DNA from: Flavobacteriaceae bacterium
GTDB taxonomy: Bacteria; Bacteroidota; Bacteroidia; Flavobacteriales; Weeksellaceae
Reading direction: 5' to 3'
NCBI GenBank assembly: GCA_013333875.2
Contig: JABCOA020000021.1
Location: 1 to 63,455, forward strand
Length of the DNA: 63,455 nucleotides
A model generated the notes under the pieces. It worked only from the letters and a program-made list of their open reading frames with translations. It was not told the origin of the DNA and ran no database searches. The position numbers and the translations under genes were made by a program. Below are positions 41,064 through 49,241 of the stretch, one piece after another; position 1 is the first letter of the stretch; each line of letters opens with the position of its first letter.

Positions 41064-41423
41064 ATGAAAGAGATAGCGAATTTTTTAGTTGGATTGGTGT
41101 TGTTCCTACTGGCGTGGGCGCTGTTTCTTCCGATTTCGTTTCTCAATTTTTTTATAGTTGGGCTTAAATTCAAGGATTTAGGCTATTTCAAGAGTTCGGC
41201 GGTCAATTTAGACCGCTTCGGAAACTCAGAGTTCCGAACTCTTTTTAACTTGACTTTAAAGAAAAAAGAGGGCTATAAATTTGGAAACATGGAGGAAACT
41301 ATCAGCTCGGTTTTGGGCAAAAACCAAAGGGATAACACGCTTTCATTTGCTGGTAAAGTGCTGGTATTCATTCTTGATACGATAGACAAAAATCACTGTA
41401 AAAAAAGCATAAAAGAATTTTAA
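41064..41423 (+). CDS. membrane protein (N-terminal TM pair)
   Basis: FLVGLVLFLLAWALFLPISFLNFFIVGL. Confidence 0.45.
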   Translation: MKEIANFLVGLVLFLLAWALFLPISFLNFFIVGLKFKDLGYFKSSAVNLDRFGNSEFRTLFNLTLKKKEGYKFGNMEETISSVLGKNQRDNTLSFAGKVLVFILDTIDKNHCKKSIKEF

Positions 41424-41425
41424 AA

Positions 41426-41953
41426 ATGAATATAAAAGAATTTATTGTGGACAACCTGGTGTTGTTATACAAAGGGAGTTTTTCGCAGAAGTTGTTGGCA
41501 TCAGCACAGTTGTCACTAGCGCCAGCGGCAGCGCTGACTCTCACGGAGCGAATTAGTGGATGGTATGTAGAAAGTGAATTTTTCCTGTTCTGCTTGTGTG
41601 TTGTTTTAGCGATAGACCATGTTTTAGGCAGTTATGTTCATTGGAAAGTTTACAACGATTTCACTTTTAAAGACAATCTTAAAGGTCTCATTACCAAATT
41701 ATCTATCCTGCTGGTGGGCTTTATTACCTTATCAGTTGTGAATAAGGTTCTGGAACCGATAGAGTTTTTCAAGAGTTATTTCAGTGTGTTGGTTCAGCTC
41801 ATGGTTATTCTCTATCCTGGTTCTTCTGCACTTACGAACATGTCAGTTCTTACTGGGGGGAAATTTCCGCCGAGCGGACTTTTGGATAAAATAAAAAACT
41901 TCCACAATAGTGGAGATATTGACGATTTAAAAAGCAAAAAAGATGAAAAGTAA
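41426..41953 (+). CDS. holin-like polytopic membrane protein
   Basis: 175 aa, about 4 TM segments, upstream of the endolysin. Confidence 0.5.
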   Translation: MNIKEFIVDNLVLLYKGSFSQKLLASAQLSLAPAAALTLTERISGWYVESEFFLFCLCVVLAIDHVLGSYVHWKVYNDFTFKDNLKGLITKLSILLVGFITLSVVNKVLEPIEFFKSYFSVLVQLMVILYPGSSALTNMSVLTGGKFPPSGLLDKIKNFHNSGDIDDLKSKKDEK

Positions 41954-42464
41954 AATCAGCCACAGAATAGGATTCTGGCTCCTGCTTGCTTGTCTGCTAT
42001 TGTCCATGGTAAGCTGTGGGAGCCGAAAGGTAGTCCTAGAAAAAGAGAAGTCAGAAATCAGCATTCACGAAGCTGAAAGAGAGAAAAAAGATTCCACGGG
42101 GATTTCCCAAACCAGGGAACACGAGGAATATAGCAGTATCAGTATGGATTCTGGTTTTAGTATTACTCCGATTGGGAATACACCTGCGGAATTTTCATTT
42201 TTCTACAATGGTAAAGAAGTCAAAGGAAAGACTACAGGGAAACTGGATTTTAATAATAAGAAGGATTTGTCAAATAAAAAAACAGACACCTATAAAACAG
42301 ATACTGTTGCAGTAAGCACCGATAAAGAAAAAGAAACTCAGACTAAAGCAAAAACCGAAACCAAATCCAAGCAGACCGAACGGAGGGAGAGCTGGTGGGT
42401 TTATTTCGGAATATTTGCTGCGGGAGGTCTATGCTGGGAATTTTTGAGAAACAAGATATTTTAA
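41943..42464 (+). CDS. lipoprotein with C-terminal TM anchor (unimolecular-spanin-like architecture)
   Basis: Signal + lipobox ...LLLSMVSC; C-terminal WWVYFGIFAAGGLCWEF helix. Confidence 0.45.
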   Translation: MKSKISHRIGFWLLLACLLLSMVSCGSRKVVLEKEKSEISIHEAEREKKDSTGISQTREHEEYSSISMDSGFSITPIGNTPAEFSFFYNGKEVKGKTTGKLDFNNKKDLSNKKTDTYKTDTVAVSTDKEKETQTKAKTETKSKQTERRESWWVYFGIFAAGGLCWEFLRNKIF

Positions 42465-42482
42465 CCTTAAAAAAATTAGAAC

Positions 42483-42644
42483 ATGAGTACATTAGATGCC
42501 TTAGGGCTTATTTTCATTGGAATTGGGATTGGTTTTGCGCTTACCAAAGGCTGGCAGCTTCATAAGTCCATTAAGGAGAAAGTCCGCAGAGATGCCGAAG
42601 AAACCGAAAGAAAAAGAAAAGAAGAACAAAACCAAAATCCATAA
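42483..42644 (+). CDS. 53-aa single-pass membrane protein (holin/antiholin-like), not in the ORF track
   Basis: [24 protein letters not shown]... then a charged tail; ends 3 nt before the endolysin ATG. Confidence 0.35.
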   Translation: MSTLDALGLIFIGIGIGFALTKGWQLHKSIKEKVRRDAEETERKRKEEQNQNP

Positions 42645-42646
42645 AT

Positions 42647-43117
42647 ATGAAAACAGTATCCCATTTTAGAAACAGATTCGGGGTTCCCAATCCTGCGGGG
42701 GCTGGTTATTTGGTAACCATAGACCTGCCGTATCCTATGCGGTTGGCTTGGGATAAAAACCAAATAGTAAGAAAAATAACCTGCCACAAGGAAATAGCAG
42801 AGCCGTTGAAAGCCGTATTTTCTGATATTCTGAAGCATTACGGACCAGATAAAATCAGAGAATTGGGCATTGATATTTTCGGAGGCTGTTTTAATTTCCG
42901 AAAAATGCGTGGGGGCAGTGAGTTTTCAGTGCATTCCTGGGGACTTGCGATTGACCTTGACCCTGAAAGAAATCAGCTGAAAGAAACAGCCAGAACAGCC
43001 CGTTTTGCCCGACCAGAATACAAAGCAATGATTGATATTTTTTACAAACACGGCTTTATTTCGCTCGGAAGGGAGAAAAACTACGACTGGATGCATTTCC
43101 AGTGGGAAAAATTTTAG
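42647..43117 (+). CDS. M15-family (VanY-like) peptidoglycan peptidase endolysin
   Basis: [13 protein letters not shown] and DWMHFQ zinc-ligand motifs. Confidence 0.8.
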   Translation: MKTVSHFRNRFGVPNPAGAGYLVTIDLPYPMRLAWDKNQIVRKITCHKEIAEPLKAVFSDILKHYGPDKIRELGIDIFGGCFNFRKMRGGSEFSVHSWGLAIDLDPERNQLKETARTARFARPEYKAMIDIFYKHGFISLGREKNYDWMHFQWEKF

Positions 43118-43123
43118 TAAAAA

Positions 43124-43894
43124 ATGAATCAAATCAGCGTTCCAGACTGCTGGGAGGAGCTTACGGATTACCAGCAAAGAGAGATTATCCATATCATCAG
43201 CCATACTGATACGGAAGATTTTACCGAGCAGTATATGCAGATAGTGCAGATTCTTTTGATGAAAAAAGGAAGTATTTGGGAGCGTATTAAGATGAGAAAG
43301 GTTTTGAAAAACATACCGATTTCCAATTTTGCTCCAGCTCTTAAATTCATATCAGAAGAGCCGAAACTGCATCATTTCCCAGAAATCAAAGGCTTGGTAA
43401 AACCTGCTGTGAGAATGGGGGATATTACCATAGAGCAGTTTTCTGTCTGCGATACCTTGTTCTATCGTTACCAGACCGAGAAAAAAGAGGTGTATCTCCG
43501 CCAGCTGGTGGCGGCATTATATCGGCTGGACCCGAAGAGCGAGAGCAGAGAACCGAAATTTGATAAAAACCTGCTTCCGAAAGTTGCCGAAATTACAGAC
43601 AAAATCGATGTAAAGGAAGCCGAGCGGATTGGGTTTATCTTTGGGTCGGTGAGGATGTATATTGCCAAGGTGTATCCGAGCATTTTCAAGAGCGACACGC
43701 CACGCTCAGAAGATCAGCCTGTATTTGCTGTCAAGAAAAAATTCACTCCATTTTCTCAAATTGTAGTGATGATGGCAGCAGATGAACTCCGCCTGCTGGG
43801 GAACCTGCACGAGTGCCAGAAAACTCTGCTGTATGATTTCATGAATGCATTTTTGGAAAGTAATAAAATTCACAAACTGAAAAATAAAACATAA
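43124..43894 (+). CDS. hypothetical protein
   Basis: 256-aa ORF. Confidence 0.5.
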   Translation: MNQISVPDCWEELTDYQQREIIHIISHTDTEDFTEQYMQIVQILLMKKGSIWERIKMRKVLKNIPISNFAPALKFISEEPKLHHFPEIKGLVKPAVRMGDITIEQFSVCDTLFYRYQTEKKEVYLRQLVAALYRLDPKSESREPKFDKNLLPKVAEITDKIDVKEAERIGFIFGSVRMYIAKVYPSIFKSDTPRSEDQPVFAVKKKFTPFSQIVVMMAADELRLLGNLHECQKTLLYDFMNAFLESNKIHKLKNKT

Positions 43895-44397
43895 TGAGAG
43901 GAACATCTTATTTAGAGTTAAAGAATTACTTTAACCAAATCGTGGAAAAATCTGAATTCTTGGAGGATTTTATTGGTTATTTTTCAAGAGAATTAAGAAA
44001 CAAAGAGCAGAGTTCCAGAGGAATTCAGTTTCCGTGCTTGGCTCTTTTTAATTATAATTTTGGGATTGAGGGGGAGCAGATGGCGACTTCATCAGCGGTG
44101 CGAAATCTGAGTTTCGCTATTCTTTTGGACGCTCCAGCAGATGATTACGAGAAACAATACGAAGCGATAGACAAGGCGGAAAAACTGGCTCTAAAAGTAG
44201 CATCACGAATGCGTTTTGATGCCAATAGACCCGAGCACTTCCTCTACGGCGCATTTGTTAAAAATAGCATAGAAGTCCGCCCTGTGGAACTGGATATAAG
44301 CAGGCTCTTCGGGGTAGAAGTGAGTTTCCAGCTGAAGAACATTCAGTCGCTGAAACTTGATGCTGATGACTGGAACGATGTAGATAAAGTATGCTAA
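43894..44397 (+). CDS. hypothetical protein
   Basis: 167-aa ORF, ATG overlaps the preceding stop. Confidence 0.5.
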   Translation: MRGTSYLELKNYFNQIVEKSEFLEDFIGYFSRELRNKEQSSRGIQFPCLALFNYNFGIEGEQMATSSAVRNLSFAILLDAPADDYEKQYEAIDKAEKLALKVASRMRFDANRPEHFLYGAFVKNSIEVRPVELDISRLFGVEVSFQLKNIQSLKLDADDWNDVDKVC

Positions 44398-44403
44398 TAA
44401 AAA

Positions 44404-44437
44404 CAGCGAGAACATGGCAAATTCTCGCTGTTTTTTT
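44404..44437 (+). terminator. rho-independent terminator
   Basis: CAGCGAGAA / TTCTCGCTG stem followed by T7. Confidence 0.65.
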
Positions 44438-44519
44438 CCATGTTATTTTTGATTTGGAAAAAAATCGTGTTTTTTTTCAATAAAACATTTACATTTGTAA
44501 TGTAGAATTAGAATTAGGT

Positions 44520-44597
44520 ATGGATTGGATTTTAGGTTTTATTGTCGTTCTTGTGCTTGTGTTCTTCTTTTTAGGAGACCAAAGAAAAAACAAGTAG
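44520..44597 (+). CDS. 25-aa hydrophobic peptide ORF (speculative)
   Basis: MDWILGFIVVLVLVFFFLGDQRKNK; convergent with 44600..44959; below the ORF-track cutoff. Confidence 0.2.
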   Translation: MDWILGFIVVLVLVFFFLGDQRKNK

Positions 44598-44599
44598 GT

Positions 44600-44959
44600 C
44601 TAATTTAGGTTAGACTTTGTCTCATTGTCTATATTATTGTCTTCCCATCTTAGATATTCAGCATACCACTCCCACGCCTCATCCAAGAACTCTGTTTCGG
44701 ATATTATGGGAGACATAGCACCTCCTGTGGCTTCTACATTATTCTGAACTAAAACTAATTCAAACACCTCGCTTCCGTAATGATAAGTTTTACGAGGTTT
44801 ATTTAAGTTGTTCTTGTTAAGCGTTACTGTGGCTACTTCCTCTGGAATAATCAGCACCAGAGATAAGTAGTGAGGAGAATAGATGTATTTAAATACTCTA
44901 TCCTGCGGTTCTTCTGCCAAGAGGAATCTTGGCATTTTTATTTCTACAATTTTATTCAT
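44600..44959 (-). CDS. hypothetical protein co-transcribed with the XRE regulator
   Basis: 119 aa, starts 4 nt after the stop of 44964..45206, opposite strand to all flanking genes. Confidence 0.55.
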   Translation of the reverse strand: MNKIVEIKMPRFLLAEEPQDRVFKYIYSPHYLSLVLIIPEEVATVTLNKNNLNKPRKTYHYGSEVFELVLVQNNVEATGGAMSPIISETEFLDEAWEWYAEYLRWEDNNIDNETKSNLN

Positions 44960-44963
44960 AAGT

Positions 44964-45206
44964 TTATTTTTTTCTGATTCCTAACCATTCGCCTGTTTTG
45001 TCATCGTAGAAGTGTGCATATCCTTCAGATGTTTCTATGAGTTCATGAACTTCACAATTTAATATTCTAGCAAAATCCTCAAGGCTTTTTCCATTTGGAG
45101 AATCCATTCTGTTATAAAGGGCGTTGTAAGTTATATCTAATTCTTTGGCTATTTCTTGTTGTGATTTGCCCGATTTTTTTATTAGTTCTCTTATCCTGTA
45201 TTTCAT
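44964..45206 (-). CDS. XRE-family HTH regulator (second repressor-like gene of the prophage)
   Basis: Internal ATG at 45206 gives MKYRIRELIKKSGKSQQEIAKELDITYNALYNRM. Confidence 0.75.
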   Translation of the reverse strand: MKYRIRELIKKSGKSQQEIAKELDITYNALYNRMDSPNGKSLEDFARILNCEVHELIETSEGYAHFYDDKTGEWLGIRKK

Positions 45207-45233
45207 ATTGTTTATTTTTTTTGCAAAGATACA

Positions 45234-45398
45234 AAATGTTATATATATGTATAATATTACGGTGTAAATGTTATATAAAAATTTCACAATTGAAAATCAA
45301 TCATTTAGGAAAAATATTAAATAAAAGTATAATTTTATTTGTTTTATATTATAGAAAAGTGTTATATTTGCATAAGAAAATTAGAACAAAATATAACA
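45234..45398. promoter_or_regulatory. divergent control region with four TGTTATAT boxes
   Basis: AAATGTTATATA at 45234 and 45266; TGTTATAT at 45360 overlapping the TATATTTG -7 box (45363-45370); inverted copy at 45391-45398. Confidence 0.45.
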
Positions 45399-45415
45399 AT
45401 TAAAAATAAAAGAAA

Positions 45416-45766
45416 ATGGGAACGACAGAAAAAATGAACACAGCAATTGAAATCTTAAATGAAAAATTTGCATTTCTTGGAGATTTTAGAGCAAGAATAG
45501 AAAACAAAAAAGTGATAAATGGAGGGTTCGGATGGATGAAAATGGCAACAGGATTTGGATATGATATAGACTCTCCTATTTTCGAAATTTTTATCGGAAT
45601 CAATGAAGATACTACAATCGAAGAAATAGTTAAAAGATGTTCAAAACAAGTAGCTAATCATCTTGAAACGCTTAAGTCAGCGGATGAAGATAGAGCGGAA
45701 GAATTTGGAGAACCTTTAAAATACAGATATAATTACGATGAGTTAATCGAAGAATTGAGAAAATAA
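45416..45766 (+). CDS. hypothetical protein (operon gene 1)
   Basis: 116-aa ORF. Confidence 0.5.
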   Translation: MGTTEKMNTAIEILNEKFAFLGDFRARIENKKVINGGFGWMKMATGFGYDIDSPIFEIFIGINEDTTIEEIVKRCSKQVANHLETLKSADEDRAEEFGEPLKYRYNYDELIEELRK

Positions 45767-46089
45767 TGAAAGTAAAATGCTACTCGGTAAGGCTGAAAAG
45801 CCTTACTGAGATTTCTGAAAAGTGTTTCAAGGCGGTTGCCTTTGATGGTTCGGAAGCACTCATTCCAAAGTCCCAAGTGTTCGGATTGGACTACAGTGTA
45901 TCAAAGTCGGATGCTTATTGGATTTCTGCTTGGGTATTGGAAAGAAAAAGTTTGCAGTATTCCACGAAAAAAGAAGCTTTTTTTGACAGCGAAACACTTC
46001 AAATGCTGCCAAATATAACCATCACAGAGCATATTCCCGAAAAAATAAAACCACTTGAAAATAACACCATTAAAAGACTAAAAAAATGA
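45766..46089 (+). CDS. hypothetical protein (operon gene 2)
   Basis: 107 aa, TAATG overlap with gene 1. Confidence 0.5.
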   Translation: MKVKCYSVRLKSLTEISEKCFKAVAFDGSEALIPKSQVFGLDYSVSKSDAYWISAWVLERKSLQYSTKKEAFFDSETLQMLPNITITEHIPEKIKPLENNTIKRLKK

Positions 46090-46289
46090 AATATTATATT
46101 GCTTACCCAGCACCTATCGCAGAAATAGTTCCTGAAATAGAGGAAGCCGTTTTCACAACAGTAGAAATTCATCCAAAAAACAACCAGGTTGGGATTATAG
46201 AGACAAATTTGTCTGTTGAAGAACTGGAACACATATTAAGCCATTATGATGTGATTATCATTAACGACCAAATCGATGAGTGGATTTGA
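46086..46289 (+). CDS. hypothetical protein (operon gene 3)
   Basis: 67 aa, ATGA overlap. Confidence 0.4.
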   Translation: MKYYIAYPAPIAEIVPEIEEAVFTTVEIHPKNNQVGIIETNLSVEELEHILSHYDVIIINDQIDEWI

Positions 46290-47502
46290 TTTATTGCCGA
46301 AGCAGCAACAAGCCTTTACCAAATTACTTGAAAATAAAGTAGGGGCTTTGTTCATGAAAATGGGGACAGGAAAAACAAGGGTTGCCCTGGAACTTGTCAA
46401 TGCTGTTTCTGATTTAGATTTAGTAGTGTGGGTTGCTCCACTTCGGACAATTAAGCCACTGAATGACAGCACCTGTTCTGTGATTGATGAAGTAAGCAAG
46501 TGGGGAGGGTTCAAGGCTGATAATGTGATGTTCATCGGTGTAGAAACTATACAATCATCAGACAGGCAGTATTTGGACTTATACAAGAAAATAGAGCAAT
46601 CGCAGAAATGCTTCCTTATCGTAGATGAGAGTATCAAAATAAAGAATGCCGAAGCCAAGAGAACCAAAAGACTGCTGGAATTGTCCAGAATGGCAGAATT
46701 TAAATTGATTCTCAATGGCGAACCGATAACCGAAGACCTGCTGGATATTTGGGCGCAGTTTGAATTCCTTGACCCTGAAATCCTCCATATGAGGCAGGAT
46801 GAGTTCAAAAATACTTTTTGTAAATATACCACAATTACCAAGCGATTTGGTGGATACAAACAATATTCCAAGGAGTTTATCACTGGATACGAAAACATAG
46901 ATTATCTATATTCGCTAATTGGGGAGTATGTCTATGAGTGTGATTTAGAACTCAATGTAGAGCAGATTTTTGAAACAAAAAATTATTCCTTGTCCGATGA
47001 AGAGAAGCAGGAATATCAATTCTTGAAAGAAAAATATCTTGATAACGAGAGACTGCTGGCAATGAATAATAATATTTTCCTTGAGATGACCCAGAAGATG
47101 CAGCACGGCTACTGCTGTAATCAGGAGAAAGTAAAGCTGGCGAGAGAATGGATAAAAGACGAGGCAAAAACAATCATATTCTGCAAGTATATCGCCAGTG
47201 CAGAGCTTTGCAAGAAAGCATTTCCAAAAGCGCTGGTGCTGAATTATAAGACAGGAAGTTTAGGATTAAACCTGCAAGATAGACCTTACACTGTCTATTT
47301 TGACCAAACTTTTGACTGGGGAGATGTGGTGCAGTCCCAGCACCGAAACTATCGCACAGGACAAGAACACGACTGCCGTTATCTTCGGCTAATTGGAAGT
47401 GTAGGGCTTGAAAAGTTGATGTTTGAAAATAACAAGAAGAAAATTGGAACAGCAGAGTATCTGAAGAAAATAAGTAAAAACGAATTAAATAAAATAATAT
47501 GA
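46276..47502 (+). CDS. compact SNF2/DEAD-like superfamily-2 helicase
   Basis: Motif I MGTGKT, motif II IVDES, motif VI QSQHRNYRTGQ; 408 aa. Confidence 0.75.
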   Translation: MSGFDLLPKQQQAFTKLLENKVGALFMKMGTGKTRVALELVNAVSDLDLVVWVAPLRTIKPLNDSTCSVIDEVSKWGGFKADNVMFIGVETIQSSDRQYLDLYKKIEQSQKCFLIVDESIKIKNAEAKRTKRLLELSRMAEFKLILNGEPITEDLLDIWAQFEFLDPEILHMRQDEFKNTFCKYTTITKRFGGYKQYSKEFITGYENIDYLYSLIGEYVYECDLELNVEQIFETKNYSLSDEEKQEYQFLKEKYLDNERLLAMNNNIFLEMTQKMQHGYCCNQEKVKLAREWIKDEAKTIIFCKYIASAELCKKAFPKALVLNYKTGSLGLNLQDRPYTVYFDQTFDWGDVVQSQHRNYRTGQEHDCRYLRLIGSVGLEKLMFENNKKKIGTAEYLKKISKNELNKII

Positions 47503-48047
47503 AAAACAAATTTAAAAGCCCAGTTTATAATGTAATAGCCGTAGAACTGGACAGGATAGAGGCTAACGATTACAACCCAAACCATGTGGCAAAGAGGGAA
47601 ATGGACTTGCTTTATCAGTCCATAAAAGCCGATGGATACACGATGCCTATTGTTTGTTTTTATGATGAACAAAAAGACAAATATATCATCGTGGATGGAT
47701 TCCATAGGTATACTATTATGCTGAAGCACAAGGATATATTTAAGAGGGAAAACGGAATGATTCCTGTGTCTGTTATTGACAAACCTATTTCTGACCGAAT
47801 GGCATCTACAATCCGCCACAATAGAGCAAGAGGGAAACACGAAGTAGAATTACAGGCGAACCTTGTAGCGATGCTCAAGGCTGGCTGGGATGAGATTAAG
47901 ATAATGAAAGAATTGGGGATGACCTTGGAGGAAGTCCAAAGACTTATTGGATTGAAAGGGATAGCATCAGAAATCAAAGGCGTTCCTTATTCTATTGAAA
48001 GACAAATAGTAGAGGCAGGAGAAGATGTGTCAGAAAATTTAGACTAA
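47499..48047 (+). CDS. ParB/Srx-fold protein (IbrB/DndB-like)
   Basis: NDYNPN, IIVDGFHRY, RHNRARGKH motifs; ATGA overlap with the helicase. Confidence 0.75.
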   Translation: MKNKFKSPVYNVIAVELDRIEANDYNPNHVAKREMDLLYQSIKADGYTMPIVCFYDEQKDKYIIVDGFHRYTIMLKHKDIFKRENGMIPVSVIDKPISDRMASTIRHNRARGKHEVELQANLVAMLKAGWDEIKIMKELGMTLEEVQRLIGLKGIASEIKGVPYSIERQIVEAGEDVSENLD

Positions 48048-49177
48048 TGGGGAGAACAGCAATAAGAGGAACAGAGGATGTTTTGACAGCAGTCCGTAAG
48101 CGTATATCACTGCTGTTTGACATGTATGATAATATTTCCCTTTCTTTTTCAGGAGGGAAAGACAGCACGGCATTATTTCACTTGATAAATGCCGAAGCAA
48201 TCAAAAGAAACAGAAAGTTTATTCTTTATTTTCAAGACCAAGAAGCAGAGTATCAGGGAACGATAGACCTTGTAGAATGGGCTATGAGTCAGCCTAATGT
48301 TATTCCAATGTGGTATCAGGTGCCTATCTTTATGACCAATGCTGCAAGTCAGCAACAGCTGTTCCTGTGGGCTTGGGGAGAGGGCGAGAAATGGGTAAGA
48401 GAAAAACACCCTTTGGCTATTCATAAGATAGATAAGAAGTATCCTAAGAGATTCCACAAGTTTAATCTTTGGGTAGGACAGAATCTAAGAAAATTGGAAG
48501 GCTCTTGCGTATCTATCATTGGATTAAGAGCAGAAGAAAGTCCAGACAGGCGTTTTGTTATGTTTGGGGAGGACTCCGAACTGTTTTGGTTACGCCGTAA
48601 AAATGAGCCTCACAAAGCCTATCCTATCATTGACTGGAAATATACCGATGTATGGAAATATCTCGTGGAAAACAATCTGAAATACAATAAAATCTACGAT
48701 AAAATGTATATGCTTGGAGGAGACCTGCGAACTTTCCGTGTGTCCAACTTGGTTCATGAGAAAGCTTTCCGATGCCTCACAGACCTGCAGGAGTTAGAGC
48801 CTGAAACCTATGACAAATTAGAAGAAAGACTACAAGGAGTACATACGGCTGCTATCTATGGCAAAGAAAACCTAATATATTCTATTAAGGAACTTCCAGA
48901 GAATTTCAAGACTTGGAAAGAGTATAAAGATTTCCTATTAAGTTCCATACATACCGAGTTAAAGAAGGTTTTTGAATACCAATGGAGCAGATTTGGAGAT
49001 ACGGATGATATTGGCGCAAACAAGTATATGGTAAAAAGAATTTTGCTTTGCGATTGGGAAGGTAACATAACTTGGAGTAGAGATTTTGAATTTAATTACA
49101 CAAAAGACCAAATTTTATTTAAAAATAGACTTAAACGAGAGGACGCAATCATCAAGAAATGGACAACACTACTTTAA
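48047..49177 (+). CDS. PAPS-reductase-family PP-loop ATP pyrophosphatase (IbrA/DndC-like)
   Basis: SFSGGKDS PP-loop, GLRAEES; long C-terminal extension; TAATG overlap with the ParB-like gene. Confidence 0.85.
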   Translation: MGRTAIRGTEDVLTAVRKRISLLFDMYDNISLSFSGGKDSTALFHLINAEAIKRNRKFILYFQDQEAEYQGTIDLVEWAMSQPNVIPMWYQVPIFMTNAASQQQLFLWAWGEGEKWVREKHPLAIHKIDKKYPKRFHKFNLWVGQNLRKLEGSCVSIIGLRAEESPDRRFVMFGEDSELFWLRRKNEPHKAYPIIDWKYTDVWKYLVENNLKYNKIYDKMYMLGGDLRTFRVSNLVHEKAFRCLTDLQELEPETYDKLEERLQGVHTAAIYGKENLIYSIKELPENFKTWKEYKDFLLSSIHTELKKVFEYQWSRFGDTDDIGANKYMVKRILLCDWEGNITWSRDFEFNYTKDQILFKNRLKREDAIIKKWTTLL

Positions 49178-49181
49178 CCAC

Positions 49182-49207
49182 TCCCTGCACCAGCAGGGAT
49201 TTTTTTA
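49182..49207 (+). terminator. rho-independent terminator ending the SNF2-ParB-PAPS operon
   Basis: TCCCTGC-ACCA-GCAGGGA hairpin followed by T7. Confidence 0.6.
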
Positions 49208-49241
49208 TTATCTTTGTGGCTGAAGAAAAATTTGTGCTGAT

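Noticed and set aside
46236-46898. 220-aa minus-strand ORF
   Set aside because: It is antisense to the SNF2-like helicase, which carries the motifs. It has no independent signals.
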